Below are positions 1-10,266 of a stretch of DNA of 26,474 nucleotides, one piece after another. This DNA is from an uncultured Candidatus Saccharibacteria bacterium (GTDB lineage Bacteria; Patescibacteriota; Minisyncoccia; UBA6257; JAPLYJ01): contig CAYNAL010000018.1 in assembly GCA_964395555.1 (NCBI GenBank), forward strand, positions 1 through 26,474. Reading direction: 5' to 3'. Made by a program: the position numbers and the translations under genes. Below the pieces are notes generated by a model. The model did not search any database and was not told where the DNA came from. It saw nothing but the letters and a program-made list of their open reading frames with translations. How positions within the stretch are numbered: position 1 is the stretch's first letter; every line of letters starts with the position of its first letter.

Positions 1-919
1 TTATTCCTAAGATAATTAAAATAGGACTAAGTTTGATAATTCTTCCGCGAATAGAGGGGGAAAACAAATGTTCTAATTGATGGGCACCAAAGCATAGAAT
101 AATTGCTAACCCCATAGCTATAAAACCTCCTTCTGAGGCTAGAAGCGCTGCTGCTGCTGTGGTAAAAATCGCACCTACATATGGGATAAAATCTAACAAA
201 GCTGCTAAAAGACCAATAAGTAAAGCGAATTTCACATTTAAAAATATTAAACCTAAGGCGATGATAAAACCTGTGATACCACTAATCACTAATTGGCTGT
301 AAAACCAACCACTAATTTTTTTCTGCCATCTTGTCCATAGCGATAAGGCATAATTTTCGTAGGCTACAGGGGTAATAAATCTGATAAATCTTTCTATCCC
401 ACCTTTGTCCACATTAATGTAAAAAGCAATCAATAAAGTAAAGAATACAGAAACTAGGCTACCAAAGAATTTACCTACAATCTTAAATGCTGTCATTAAT
501 TCGCTACCTATCTGCGTAAAATTTTGAGTAATAGTGCTTAACCAATCGCCTGAGCTAGTTATGTTAGTTAACCCATACTGACTCAAAAACTGGCCAAGAT
601 TAAGCTGTTCAAACCACCCAGGGATCATATTGGAAAGTTTGGCAATGCTAGCTATAAGTGATGGCACCATGGCATATACTGATAAAGCCAAAACTATCAT
701 TACTGATAAATACATGAATAAAGTGCCTATGATACGATGTACGCCTTGTTTATTTAACCAGCGAATAGGCATTTCTAAAATAGAAGCAAATACCAAAGCT
801 ACTGCAAAAATAAAAATAATCTGGCGGAAAAATATTACAGCTGCAATAATACCTATTATCACAAACAACCTAATAAAGCTTGACCAGCTGATTTCTAATA
901 GTTGTCTATTATTATTCAT
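1..919 (-). CDS. AI-2E (PerM-like) family transporter, 3'-truncated by the window edge
   Basis: Not in the ORF track. Manual translation from ATG at 919 gives MNNNRQLLEISWSSFIRLFVIIGIIAAVIFF...LLAALLDFIPYVGAIF...HQLEHLFSPSIRGRIIKLSPILIILG, a multi-TM protein with the family's FIPYVG and P-x-I-x-G-x-x-x-x-L-x-P patterns. The frame is open to position 1. Confidence 0.85.
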   Translation of the reverse strand, partial: MNNNRQLLEISWSSFIRLFVIIGIIAAVIFFRQIIFIFAVALVFASILEMPIRWLNKQGVHRIIGTLFMYLSVMIVLALSVYAMVPSLIASIAKLSNMIPGWFEQLNLGQFLSQYGLTNITSSGDWLSTITQNFTQIGSELMTAFKIVGKFFGSLVSVFFTLLIAFYINVDKGGIERFIRFITPVAYENYALSLWTRWQKKISGWFYSQLVISGITGFIIALGLIFLNVKFALLIGLLAALLDFIPYVGAIFTTAAAALLASEGGFIAMGLAIILCFGAHQLEHLFSPSIRGRIIKLSPILIILGI

Positions 920-924
920 ATATT

Positions 925-2196
925 TTATATCTCTATTATTTTATCAAATATTTTCTTATTTTTAAATGGACCGATAACCGCTAAATTTATTTTTTTAAAA
1001 TCCAATATTTCTTTGCTAACTGCTCTAACTTCGTCTAAGCTGACTTTTTTAATTTTATTCAAATATTGGTAAGGCGTTTCTATGGTATCTTTTAATAAAT
1101 ATTTGAAAGCTAAAGAATCCGCATATTCGTGAGCATCATCTAAGCCTAAAGAAACATGACCAATAATATATTGTTTGGCATTTTCCAAACTCTTTTTTGT
1201 AATATGCTTATTTTTTAAATTTTTAATTTCTAAAATAATCGCTTTTAGAACTTCTTCGATTCTTTCGTTGTTTAATCCTGCAGAAACTCCCCAAAAACCA
1301 GAATCCTTAAAACTTTCATATTCGCTATGAACGTAATAAGCGGCGCCTAATTTTTCTCTCACTAATTGAAATAATATGCCTGACATACCACCATCAAAAA
1401 TAGAATTCATTAAAGTTAAAGCATAGCGTTTAGGATTAAGATAATCATATGAAGGGAAACCTAAAACTAAATGAGTTTGGTCTGTTTGTTTATTTTGAAT
1501 TAGTGTAGCTGGACGAGATTGATTTTTTTTAGTTTCAGTTTGATCATATCCTTTACCTTTTTTAATTCCTTGAAAATATTTTTCAGCTTGTTTTAAGATG
1601 GCGTCAGATTTAAAATTTCCACTTAAAACTAACAAAGAAGAATCGCTAAGATATAATTTATCTCTATAATCTAAAAGTTTTTCTCTATTCATGTTACCCA
1701 CTGTTTCTTTAGTACCTGCTACAGATCTGCCTGCCGGTTGATTGCCATACAATAATTCCATCCATAAATCATAAATATGCAATTTAGGATCATCTTGATA
1801 CATATTAATTTCTTCTATCACTACCCCCTTTTCTCTCTCTAACTCTTTTTTAGGATAGTTAGCATGGATAAAAATATCTGCGATTATATCTAAAGCTAAT
1901 GAGCTATGATTACTATCTACCTTGGCAAAATATCCTGTATATTCATATCCTGTAAAAGCATTGTATCTACCACCAATTTGATCTAAAGCTGAAGTCAAAG
2001 CTAGACTTGATGGTCTTTTTTTTGAACCTTTAAAACACATATGCTCCATAAAATGGGATATACCGCTTAATGATTCTGGTTCATACAAAGCCCCTGCTTT
2101 TGTTAAAATCATGGCTTTAACAGAAAAACATTCTTCTTCAGGTACCATTAAAACCTTTAACCCATTTTTTAATTGTCTAATTTCGTGTTTGAACAT
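925..2196 (-). CDS. M16 (pitrilysin/insulinase) family zinc peptidase
   Basis: Inverted zinc motif HFMEH (HxxEH), the NAFT motif and a downstream EEINMY glutamate. Confidence 0.93.
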   Translation of the reverse strand: MFKHEIRQLKNGLKVLMVPEEECFSVKAMILTKAGALYEPESLSGISHFMEHMCFKGSKKRPSSLALTSALDQIGGRYNAFTGYEYTGYFAKVDSNHSSLALDIIADIFIHANYPKKELEREKGVVIEEINMYQDDPKLHIYDLWMELLYGNQPAGRSVAGTKETVGNMNREKLLDYRDKLYLSDSSLLVLSGNFKSDAILKQAEKYFQGIKKGKGYDQTETKKNQSRPATLIQNKQTDQTHLVLGFPSYDYLNPKRYALTLMNSIFDGGMSGILFQLVREKLGAAYYVHSEYESFKDSGFWGVSAGLNNERIEEVLKAIILEIKNLKNKHITKKSLENAKQYIIGHVSLGLDDAHEYADSLAFKYLLKDTIETPYQYLNKIKKVSLDEVRAVSKEILDFKKINLAVIGPFKNKKIFDKIIEI

Positions 2197-2198
2197 TT

Positions 2199-3563
2199 TT
2201 ATCTTAGTTTATCTCTTAAGCAATCATTAATCTCTGATATTTTAATTCTTTCTTGTTTCATGGTATCCCTATCTCTCAATGTTACTGCTTTGTCTTCCAA
2301 AGAATCAAAATCAACTGTTAAACAATATGGTGTACCTGCTTCATCTTGGCGACGGTACCTTCTGCCAATAGAACCGATTTCATCATAATCAACCATAAAC
2401 TCAGAACGCAAACTCTGATATAATTTTTGACTTAATTTAACAATATTTTCTTTGTTTTTTACTAAAGGTAAAATCGCAACTTTGATAGGAGCTATTTTAG
2501 GATTAATTTTTAACACAATTCTAATTTCTCCGTTTTCGTCTTTTTCTTCATGATAGGCATCTATTAAAACAGCTAAAGTCATGCGATCCATACCTGCAGA
2601 AGGTTCAATCACATATGGCAAGAAGCTAGCTTTGTTAATTTCATCAAAATAGTTTAAATCTTTACCTGAGTGTTCCATGTGATTTGATAGATCGTAATCA
2701 GTACGATTAGCAATACCTTCTAACTCACCCCAAGGTCTTCCATCTTCTCCTAAACTTGCAAAAGGAAAACTGTATTCAATATCTGTACAAGCTTTAGCAT
2801 AATGAGCTAACTCATTTTTTTCATGAGGTCTTTTTCTAATATTTTCTTTTTTTAAACCTAATTTTAAATACCAATCAAAACGTTCTGAAACCCAATAATT
2901 ATACCAGCGTCTATCTGAATCAGGTTTAACAAAAAATTCCAATTCCATTTGTTCGAATTCCAAAGTACGAAAAATAAAATTACCAGGTGTGATTTCATTG
3001 CGAAAAGCTTTCCCTATCTGGGCAATACCAAAAGGTATTTTTTTACGTGAAACATTTAACACTTGTTTAAAATTATTAAAAATACCTTGAGCTGTTTCTG
3101 GTCTTAAATATATCAAACTAGAACTATCTTCCATGGGGCCTACAAAAGTCTTAAACATCATATTAAACTTTCTAGATTCAGTTAACTCACCACCGCATAA
3201 TGGACAGCTAGTTTTTCCATCTTTCATAGAAATATCTCCATATTTTCCAGCCATTAATTCATCTGCCCTAAAACGGCTTTTACAATTCTTACAATCAATC
3301 AAAGGATCAGAAAAATTAGAAACATGTCCTGAAGCTTCCCAAACTTTTGGATTCATAATAATAGAAGAGTCTAATCCTACTACATCGTCTCTTTGCCAAA
3401 CCATGGTTTGCCACCAAAATTTTTTAATATTATTCTTTAATTCCACGCCTAAAGGGCCAAAATCCCATGTATTGGCTAAGCCTCCATATATCTCTGAGCC
3501 GGGAAAAACATATCCGCGCCTTTTGCACAAAGATACCAATTTATCCATTAATTGATTATCCAT
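2199..3563 (-). CDS. glyQS: Glycine--tRNA ligase, homodimeric alpha2 type
   Basis: Motifs [41 protein letters not shown] and VIEPSAG, with a C-terminal anticodon-binding domain ([15 protein letters not shown]). Confidence 0.97.
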   Translation of the reverse strand: MDNQLMDKLVSLCKRRGYVFPGSEIYGGLANTWDFGPLGVELKNNIKKFWWQTMVWQRDDVVGLDSSIIMNPKVWEASGHVSNFSDPLIDCKNCKSRFRADELMAGKYGDISMKDGKTSCPLCGGELTESRKFNMMFKTFVGPMEDSSSLIYLRPETAQGIFNNFKQVLNVSRKKIPFGIAQIGKAFRNEITPGNFIFRTLEFEQMELEFFVKPDSDRRWYNYWVSERFDWYLKLGLKKENIRKRPHEKNELAHYAKACTDIEYSFPFASLGEDGRPWGELEGIANRTDYDLSNHMEHSGKDLNYFDEINKASFLPYVIEPSAGMDRMTLAVLIDAYHEEKDENGEIRIVLKINPKIAPIKVAILPLVKNKENIVKLSQKLYQSLRSEFMVDYDEIGSIGRRYRRQDEAGTPYCLTVDFDSLEDKAVTLRDRDTMKQERIKISEINDCLRDKLR

Positions 3564-3575
3564 ATATTATTTTAA

Positions 3576-5342
3576 TTATGGGGCCACGATACCATCTTGA
3601 GGTAAGACACTAACATCTGTAAATTTATCAGACTTGATAGGGTCATGAATAACTGAAATTTGTTTTTGGGTAAAAGTATCTAAAGCAGTAAGAGTAATTT
3701 CATTAGTCAAATTGATAGCTTGGTTTACTTGATTAGAAGCAGGGGTCACTTCTATTTGAAAAATAGCTTCTAGGGGTTTACCTATGACTCCAGAGGTCGC
3801 TGCAATATTAGGTAATTTCCAAGATACTTCTGCTGTAGCAGCATCGTAAGTAGGTTGATTTTCTCCAGAATTACCACCAACGCGACCAGTAAAAGAAACT
3901 CCCGGAGGTAAAGTAGTTTTTACCACTACATCTTGAACTGGATTGGAATAATTTTTAAGTTTCCAATGTATAGTTAATTGAGTAGGTTGAGCCACTCGTA
4001 AAGGTAAACGCCCGCTGTTTATTATCTGTGAAGCTGCGTCTCTAAAATATGTTAGAGTTTCTAACTCCATCATGGTATTCATTTTTACGCTAACACTAGA
4101 AGCTGCTTTAATGGGTGCATTAACCCCAATCATTTCTGGTATGGTAGCAGTAAGCATCGTAGCATTCATGGTCATTAAGAAATTACGATCTCCTGCTACT
4201 TTGATAGGATATTTTTTTAAAGTTTTAACAGTAAAGCTCACTTCTCCTACTTCTCCGGGATTTAAAACTGAAAGTTCTCCTAGATTAGCTGACGTCCAAG
4301 TAATGGTTTTACTTTTAGCGACATAATAACCTTTGCCAGGGCGTACAGAAGCTAAATCAAACATTTTACCATCTAAAATAGCTTTGATAGAAACATTACG
4401 TAATCCTATAGAATAATCATTGCGATAATTAATCTTGAAAGTAAGCGTTTCATCAGCGTCTGCGTTATACAATCGTTCATCATTAACTGAAGCTGACATG
4501 ATTAATGGATTGTTTACTACCGTTAGATAACTTTCCATTTGAGATATTACAAAAGGCTGTTCTTGAATGTAAACTAAAATCTTAAAAACAAATTTACGAT
4601 TAGCTCCTTCGTTTCCAGAAACTAAACCCTTAATATCTAATTGACCTTGGCTAGCTGCTGGAGTTTGACCCAAAGACCAAATATTGTCCTTTTCGCTAGG
4701 CTTAGGTGTAGCGCTATTAAAAGCATATGTTTCCGGCCAAGTTGCTTCTAATCTCACGTCTTCATAGCTATTGCTAGATTGGTTTTCCCAAGCTACATTT
4801 AAAGAAAAATCTTGTTCTGGTAAAACTTGAGGAGGTAAAGTAGCATCTAATTTAAAAGTAGAACCATTAATGATAACTGGATAATTCAAAGTCTTTGTGA
4901 AAGGTGAAGTTAAAGTTTTTGGTCTATATCTAAAAGTAGCTTCTAGATTTTTAGCAGATCTATTTTCTCCAAAAAACATTAAATTAAAAGCTTGTTCTGC
5001 TTCTTGCCCTGAAGCAATAGTTTCTAAGGGTTGTTCCCAGACTCTTTTTGTAGGATCATCACTAAAAATTACACCCTCAGGTAAAGCTAACACTAACTCT
5101 ACGTCTTCTAAGGCTACACGTGATTTATTAGCGTAAACAATTTTAAATTCTTTTGTTTCTCCAGCCTTAACTTCATTAGGGCCTAAAATACCAACTTCTA
5201 TCCCTCCTGATTTAGTTAAAGACCAAATAAGATATCCTACTCCCAATAATATTATTACAAAAATAATGCCTCCAAAAAAACTATTAAAACGAACATTCTT
5301 TTTTGGTATAGAAACTATCTGAGACACGTTTTGATTATTCAT
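3576..5342 (-). CDS. Single-pass membrane protein with about four tandem Ig-like (DUF11-like) repeats
   Basis: N-terminal TM segment (FFGGIIFVIILLGVGYLIWSL), then four similar segments: VKAGETKEFKIVYANKS, VLPEQDFSLNVAWENQS, ADADETLTFKINYRNDY and LRVAQPTQLTIHWKLKNYS. Confidence 0.65.
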   Translation of the reverse strand: MNNQNVSQIVSIPKKNVRFNSFFGGIIFVIILLGVGYLIWSLTKSGGIEVGILGPNEVKAGETKEFKIVYANKSRVALEDVELVLALPEGVIFSDDPTKRVWEQPLETIASGQEAEQAFNLMFFGENRSAKNLEATFRYRPKTLTSPFTKTLNYPVIINGSTFKLDATLPPQVLPEQDFSLNVAWENQSSNSYEDVRLEATWPETYAFNSATPKPSEKDNIWSLGQTPAASQGQLDIKGLVSGNEGANRKFVFKILVYIQEQPFVISQMESYLTVVNNPLIMSASVNDERLYNADADETLTFKINYRNDYSIGLRNVSIKAILDGKMFDLASVRPGKGYYVAKSKTITWTSANLGELSVLNPGEVGEVSFTVKTLKKYPIKVAGDRNFLMTMNATMLTATIPEMIGVNAPIKAASSVSVKMNTMMELETLTYFRDAASQIINSGRLPLRVAQPTQLTIHWKLKNYSNPVQDVVVKTTLPPGVSFTGRVGGNSGENQPTYDAATAEVSWKLPNIAATSGVIGKPLEAIFQIEVTPASNQVNQAINLTNEITLTALDTFTQKQISVIHDPIKSDKFTDVSVLPQDGIVAP

Positions 5343-5457
5343 ATAAATTGATTTTTTAAATATTAAAAACTCTTATTTCTTCTATTATATCCTAAAAATG
5401 ATTTAAAACAAGGATTTGTAAAAATTAAAACTCATTTTACGCCTGTGGATATAAACG

Positions 5458-5485
5458 TTGACAAAACATATATCTAAGGTAGTAT
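5458..5485 (+). promoter_or_regulatory. Sigma70-type promoter of the 3D-domain gene
   Basis: TTGACA (5458-5463), 16-nt spacer, TAGTAT (5480-5485). Confidence 0.5.
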
Positions 5486-5529
5486 GAGATTAGTTCCCTA
5501 TATTAAAGGGAATTTTAAATAGCCAAAAT

Positions 5530-6051
5530 ATGAGTATTACTACTTCTCAGCGCCAAATATGGCTTACATTAGCCAAATTAGGATGCTGGTTAGGTCTAGC
5601 CGCTGTCATGTTTTCTCTGACCGGATGGCCCATTAGTTTAGCAGACGAGCTTTCTCAAAATCCCCAAAACACAAATATTGAAGAACCAAATTCACTTTTT
5701 TCCGTATCTGGGCAGCTATTTCTAAATCCTAATCAGCCTACTTACACGGAAAAAACAAATCTTATAAAAGTATCAGTCACTGCTTATTCTTCGAGAGTAG
5801 AAGAAACTGATGATACGCCTTTTATAACTGCTTCTAACAAATGGGTTAAACGTGGCTTTATCGCGCATAATTCTTTACCCTTTGGTACTAAAGTAAGATT
5901 GCCAGAATTATTCCCTGACGAAATCTTCGTAGTAGAAGATCGTATGAATAAAATTTATGATGAAAATCATATAGATATCTGGTTTGAAGATACTCAAGAT
6001 GCTATAGAATTTGGAGTCAAAGAAACTGTATTAGAAATTATTGCTAGTTAA
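5530..6051 (+). CDS. Secreted or membrane-anchored 3D-domain (RlpA-like double-psi barrel) protein, probably cell-wall related
   Basis: N-terminal hydrophobic segment, then VTAYSS...TPFITAS...LPFGTKV...VVEDR...HIDIWF, typical of 3D domains. Confidence 0.85.
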   Translation: MSITTSQRQIWLTLAKLGCWLGLAAVMFSLTGWPISLADELSQNPQNTNIEEPNSLFSVSGQLFLNPNQPTYTEKTNLIKVSVTAYSSRVEETDDTPFITASNKWVKRGFIAHNSLPFGTKVRLPELFPDEIFVVEDRMNKIYDENHIDIWFEDTQDAIEFGVKETVLEIIAS

Positions 6052-6052
6052 C

Positions 6053-6083
6053 AAAAAGGCCACCTGAAAAAGGTGGCTTTTTT
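6053..6083. terminator. Bidirectional intrinsic terminator
   Basis: A-tract, GCCACCT-GAAAA-AGGTGGC hairpin, T-tract, between convergent genes. Confidence 0.85.
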
Positions 6084-6089
6084 AATATA

Positions 6090-6788
6090 TTATTTTATCT
6101 TTCTTACTAAACAAAGTGGCGTCTGTTGATTAGTTTGGCCCAAAGGATTATCTTTAAAAACCGCACAAGCCCATTTATCAGAAATATCTTTGTTTGATTT
6201 ACCTAAAACCGATACACCAATATCATTAGCGTCTATAATCACCACTTCATGATTGATAGCTTCCTTTAATTCCTTAGCTGTTTTATCCGGATGCAAAGGT
6301 CCTAATTTCGCGTATTTATTGTAAGGAGGTAAAACATAATCAGCAGGACCATCTATGGCTGCTACTGTTTTCCCGCAAATACGATAAAAGACACCTTTAA
6401 TACCAAAAGGTTTAGTTATAGCTGCTGCTATTAATCCTAAAAATAATTTAGGATAACCTGCTTCTCTAATTGCTAACTCCATGGTCCAAGGGCTAGCAAT
6501 ACCTATACCATACGGTGATTTGTGCACAAATTTTAAAAGAAAATACGCTAACTTAGAAGGATGGATGTCTTTAATAGGATATGCCCTGCCTTGATTAATA
6601 GCTACAATCTTTTCACTAATAAAAATCATATCATCTGGTTGCCAATACGAAGAAAGGTATTTTTTTAATACCTCTACCATATTATCCTGGTCACTGATAA
6701 CGTGAGTTTTAAAAGGATAACGTTCATACTTTTCGCCTGCTACTTCAATTATTAAATTTTTACCTGGATTAGGTAGAATGTTTTCCAT
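6090..6788 (-). CDS. F420-0:gamma-glutamyl ligase (CofE)-like protein
   Basis: Family-like motifs FISEKIVAINQGR, AAIDGP and IIDANDIG. The start is moved from 6914 to ATG 6788 because the first 42 codons of the ORF-track call run through two tRNA genes. Confidence 0.7.
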   Translation of the reverse strand: MENILPNPGKNLIIEVAGEKYERYPFKTHVISDQDNMVEVLKKYLSSYWQPDDMIFISEKIVAINQGRAYPIKDIHPSKLAYFLLKFVHKSPYGIGIASPWTMELAIREAGYPKLFLGLIAAAITKPFGIKGVFYRICGKTVAAIDGPADYVLPPYNKYAKLGPLHPDKTAKELKEAINHEVVIIDANDIGVSVLGKSNKDISDKWACAVFKDNPLGQTNQQTPLCLVRKIK

Positions 6789-6793
6789 AATAG

Positions 6794-6877
6794 TGCCCAG
6801 AGTGGGAATCGAACCCACAAGCCCTTGCGAGCAAAAGATTTTAAGTCTTTCGTGTATACCAATTTCACCACCTGGGC
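6794..6877 (-). tRNA. tRNA-Leu(TAA)
   Basis: GCCCAGG acceptor stem, AAAGA-CTTAAAA-TCTTT anticodon arm, long variable arm, TTCGATT T-loop. CCA is not encoded. Confidence 0.95.
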
Positions 6878-6893
6878 AAAATATTAAATTTTG

Positions 6894-6966
6894 AGGCCAC
6901 GGTGGGATTTGCACCCACGAATCGCGGTTTTGCAGACCGCTGCGTTAGCTGCTTCGCCACGTGGCC
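6894..6966 (-). tRNA. tRNA-Cys(GCA)
   Basis: GGCCACG acceptor stem, GCGGT-CTGCAAA-ACCGC anticodon arm, U73 discriminator, atypical TGCAAAT T-loop. Confidence 0.93.
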
Positions 6967-6971
6967 ATGTT

Positions 6972-7307
6972 TTAATTATGTATTTTTTCAATTATTTTTT
7001 CAACCTCGTCTGCTATTTTCAAACGATCATCTAATCTGAAAAAAAGCCTAGGTACAATACGCATTTTTAAACGTTTAAAAAGCATACTTTGGAATTCGTT
7101 TATCTGATTGTCCAAATCTTTCATGACTTTCTGGCTTAAGTTTTCCGGATATATAGAAATTAACACTTTAGCGTTTTCAAAGTCAATACTAACATCTACT
7201 TCCGTGATTGTGATTAAAACTCCGTTAGGACAATCAAATTCCTTTACTATAATATTAGAAAGTTCTCTTTTAATCAACTCTGAAACTTGATCTGTTCTTT
7301 TAGACAT
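6972..7307 (-). CDS. rbfA: Ribosome-binding factor A
   Basis: KRTDQVSELIKRELS, ITITEVDVSIDFENAKV and LKMRIVPRLFF, located immediately downstream of infB. Confidence 0.93.
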   Translation of the reverse strand: MSKRTDQVSELIKRELSNIIVKEFDCPNGVLITITEVDVSIDFENAKVLISIYPENLSQKVMKDLDNQINEFQSMLFKRLKMRIVPRLFFRLDDRLKIADEVEKIIEKIHN

Positions 7308-7308
7308 T

Positions 7309-8811
7309 TTAATGTTTTTCTATTTTAAAATATTCTAAAATATCTCCTGTCTCAAATATTATTTTAGTAGATATCACTAAGCCACATTTATTTGGGGTAC
7401 TCACGCTTACCATATCCGTCTTATTAAGCTGAAGATTAACAATTGTTCCACACCCTATCTTTTCTTCTCCTCTCAAAATATCAATGCTACCTTTTTTTTC
7501 TAATTTGCCTTCTATCACTTCTCCTCCAATTACCTGGTCTCCTTTGCTATTATTGTATATAGCTAGAACTTTTAATTTACCTATAACTACCCTTGTGTCT
7601 TTTAAATTACGTTTATCAACAATATCTTTTTTTAAATTATCAGACAATTCATAGATAGTGTCTCCTACTAATACTATGGTATTAGAATTAGATATTATAA
7701 CCTTAAGCTCTGGTCTGATTTTAACTCTAAAACCTAGAATAATAGCTCCACTAGTTTCAGCTAATTTATAATCAGTTTCTCCAATATCACCTACTTCATT
7801 TTTGATAACAACAAATTTAACATCTAATTCTTTTGATAAGTTTGTTAATGTTGATATCAATGCTTCTATGGAACCCAACACATCAGCTTTGATAACTAAA
7901 GGTATTTTTTCCACACATTCACCTTCTCCTATATATTGTATGTCCCCACAAACAATTTTATCATTTTCTCCTGATATGCAATATTCTCTCTGATCTCCAG
8001 CATAAAATTTTTGACCCACCTGAGGCAAATCATTAAAACCCACTGCTATCACCGGAGAAGAAAAAGTAGCATCTTCCATGGATTCTCCTTTAAAATTTTC
8101 TAAAACTTTAATTTTACCTGTGACTTTTCCTAAAATTAAATCATCTCCTTTACGCAATGTTCCTGACAAGATTAATAAAGTGGCTGTATAACCGCGATGA
8201 GAATCTAAAAATGATTCTATCACTACGCCTTGGGCGCCTTCGCAAGGGTTAGCCTTTAAATCTTCCATTTCTGCCATGAGTGCAATCATTTCTAACAATT
8301 GGTCAACGCCTTGCCCACTTTTAGCTGAAATTTCTAAACAAGGTACCTGTCCTCCCCAACCTTCTACCATTACGCCATTTTCTGACAGCTCGCGTTTAAC
8401 TTTTTCAACGTTAGCTTCTGATTTATCAATCTTATTAATAGCTACTAAAAATGGTAATTTTGTATTTAAAATAATATCTATAGCTTCTTTAGTTTGAATT
8501 TTAACACCTTCGTCAGCAGCTACCACTAAAATACCGATATCGGCTACCCAAGCTCCTCGTGCTCTCATTTCTGTAAAAGCTTCATGCCCTGGTGTGTCTA
8601 AAAAAGTAACCTTTCTTTTTATATCAGAATTAGGTAATTTTACCTCTAATTCATATGCGCCAATATGTTGAGTGATGGCTCCTGATTCTTTTTCCGCTAC
8701 CTTGGTCTTTCTAACATAATCCAAAAGAGTGGTCTTGCCATGATCAATATGTCCCATGACTACCACTACTGGAGGTCTAATTATTAAATTTTTCTTTTCT
8801 GTTTTTTTCAT
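7309..8811 (-). CDS. infB: Translation initiation factor IF-2, short form starting at the G domain
   Basis: [46 protein letters not shown] and KADVLGS. Confidence 0.97.
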   Translation of the reverse strand: MKKTEKKNLIIRPPVVVVMGHIDHGKTTLLDYVRKTKVAEKESGAITQHIGAYELEVKLPNSDIKRKVTFLDTPGHEAFTEMRARGAWVADIGILVVAADEGVKIQTKEAIDIILNTKLPFLVAINKIDKSEANVEKVKRELSENGVMVEGWGGQVPCLEISAKSGQGVDQLLEMIALMAEMEDLKANPCEGAQGVVIESFLDSHRGYTATLLILSGTLRKGDDLILGKVTGKIKVLENFKGESMEDATFSSPVIAVGFNDLPQVGQKFYAGDQREYCISGENDKIVCGDIQYIGEGECVEKIPLVIKADVLGSIEALISTLTNLSKELDVKFVVIKNEVGDIGETDYKLAETSGAIILGFRVKIRPELKVIISNSNTIVLVGDTIYELSDNLKKDIVDKRNLKDTRVVIGKLKVLAIYNNSKGDQVIGGEVIEGKLEKKGSIDILRGEEKIGCGTIVNLQLNKTDMVSVSTPNKCGLVISTKIIFETGDILEYFKIEKH

Positions 8812-8823
8812 ATATATTTAGTG

Positions 8824-8905
8824 CGGAGGGCACAGGACTCGAACCTGCAAGGGCTTACGCCCACTGGTTTTCAAAACCAGCGCATTGCCATTCTGCCAAC
8901 CCTCC
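8824..8905 (-). tRNA. tRNA-Ser(TGA)
   Basis: GGAGGGT acceptor stem, CTGGT-TTTGAAA-ACCAG anticodon arm, long variable arm, G73. Confidence 0.95.
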
Positions 8906-8995
8906 CTCTTTTAAAAGTATTTATATATTACAACTAAAATCACATAAGTTCAAGAAAATTTGAAAAAATGAGAATTTCAGGCATAATATATAGAT

Positions 8996-9859
8996 ATGAG
9001 CAAAAAAAGCATCTCAGGTAAAAAAATCTTTCTTCTTCTTGTGATATTAACTGGTTTCTATTTTTTTATAGAACCATTTTGGCTTAATGTTCATCGCATA
9101 GATATTTACAGTGAAGAAATTCCTGTTGGTTTTGATAATAAAAGCATAGCTTTTTTATCTGACATACATTGCGGTCCATATTTCCCTATCAGTCGTGTTA
9201 AAGGTTTAGTTACAACCGTAAATTATCTTAATCCTGATTTAGCTGTCTTAACTGGAGATTACATTCAATACGGAGAAAAATATATCAATGATTGCTTTTC
9301 AGAATTAAAAAATATACAAACACGTTATGGTAGTTATGCTGTTTTAGGCAATCATGATATCTGGTCCAACGGAGAATCTATTAAAGAAAAAATCCAAGAA
9401 AGTAATATAACACTTATAGATAATGCTGCTTTGTGGTTAAATATAGAACAAGATAAAATAAAGCTTGGGGGCGTTGGAGATTATTTAACAGACAAACAGG
9501 ATTTATCCCCTACATTAGAAAACTTAAAAATTAATGATTTTTCTATTTTATTATCCCATAACCCTGATTATGCAGATGAACTTACTCCAGAAGCATTGGA
9601 TAAAATAGATCTCATGCTTTCAGGACACACTCACGGAGGGCAAGTATCTCTTTTCGGTCTTTGGTCTATCTATCCATCTGTTTACGGTAAAAACATTAAA
9701 ACAGGAATCATTAAAAAAAATAACATGGAAATTATTGTATCTAAGGGTATTGGTACAGTGACTTTACCTATCCGTTTTTTTGTTAGGCCAGAAATCATTC
9801 TTGTCACTTTAAAGCATGGACAAGCGCCTAGCCCGATATTGCCTAATATAAGCAATTAA
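8996..9859 (+). CDS. Metallophosphoesterase (calcineurin-like, YkuE/YaeI type) with an N-terminal membrane anchor
   Basis: Motifs SDIH, GDY, GNHD, SHNPD and GHTHGGQ. Confidence 0.92.
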   Translation: MSKKSISGKKIFLLLVILTGFYFFIEPFWLNVHRIDIYSEEIPVGFDNKSIAFLSDIHCGPYFPISRVKGLVTTVNYLNPDLAVLTGDYIQYGEKYINDCFSELKNIQTRYGSYAVLGNHDIWSNGESIKEKIQESNITLIDNAALWLNIEQDKIKLGGVGDYLTDKQDLSPTLENLKINDFSILLSHNPDYADELTPEALDKIDLMLSGHTHGGQVSLFGLWSIYPSVYGKNIKTGIIKKNNMEIIVSKGIGTVTLPIRFFVRPEIILVTLKHGQAPSPILPNISN

Positions 9860-9867
9860 AAGATTAT

Positions 9868-10266
9868 TTATAAGATACTTAAGTATTCTAAATAATTTTC
9901 TTTCATCAGTTTTTTCCAACCCGCTGTCTCGTTGCTATTGCTTAAATCATTTTTATTGTAAACAAGCAAAACACAAATTTTATTTGTGTTTTTATGTATA
10001 GCTACAATACATCTATTGCCTGAGCCGTGACGAGATTCTTGGGTACCAGAAATTTTAAATTCTGTTTTACAAATTTTTATTTCCTTAGAATCTATAATAG
10101 TTTCTGCAATGCTTTTGTTAAACAAAACATCAAAAAACGTAAACTCTTCTTTTAAAGATGAAAGCGTAACGTCCCAAGCACCTTTATATTTTTTAGCAAA
10201 TGTTTTTATAAAGTGTCTTTCTGTAAAAGGCTCAAAAAATATTTCATATTTATTAATAATATTCAT
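9868..10266 (-). CDS. Putative RelE/HigB-like type II toxin (toxin 1)
   Basis: 132 aa, start overlaps the stop of the upstream DUF4065 gene by 14 nt. SRHGSGNRCIV and VLLVYNKNDLSN resemble the GKSGGxRVIY and LLxIYxKxxxxN elements of HigB-2/RelE-like toxins. Confidence 0.6.
   Translation of the reverse strand: MNIINKYEIFFEPFTERHFIKTFAKKYKGAWDVTLSSLKEEFTFFDVLFNKSIAETIIDSKEIKICKTEFKISGTQESRHGSGNRCIVAIHKNTNKICVLLVYNKNDLSNSNETAGWKKLMKENYLEYLSIL

Noticed and set aside
630-965. 111-aa plus-strand ORF and the other short antisense ORFs in the track (for example 3133, 7108, 19157, 20326, 24115)
   Set aside because: They are shadows opposite well-supported genes and have no recognisable motifs or expression signals.
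5444-5452. TGTGGATAT, an 8/9 match to a DnaA box
   Set aside because: It is a single imperfect copy, with no cluster or origin context.
5492-5514. Leader hairpin TTCCCT/AGGGAA before the 3D gene, and TTGGC/GCCAA hairpin (22237-22250) before rny, as riboswitches
   Set aside because: They are short single stems with no recognisable aptamer consensus.
6789-6914. N-terminal extension of the CofE-like ORF
   Set aside because: It overlaps tRNA-Leu and tRNA-Cys, so it is a spurious read-through.
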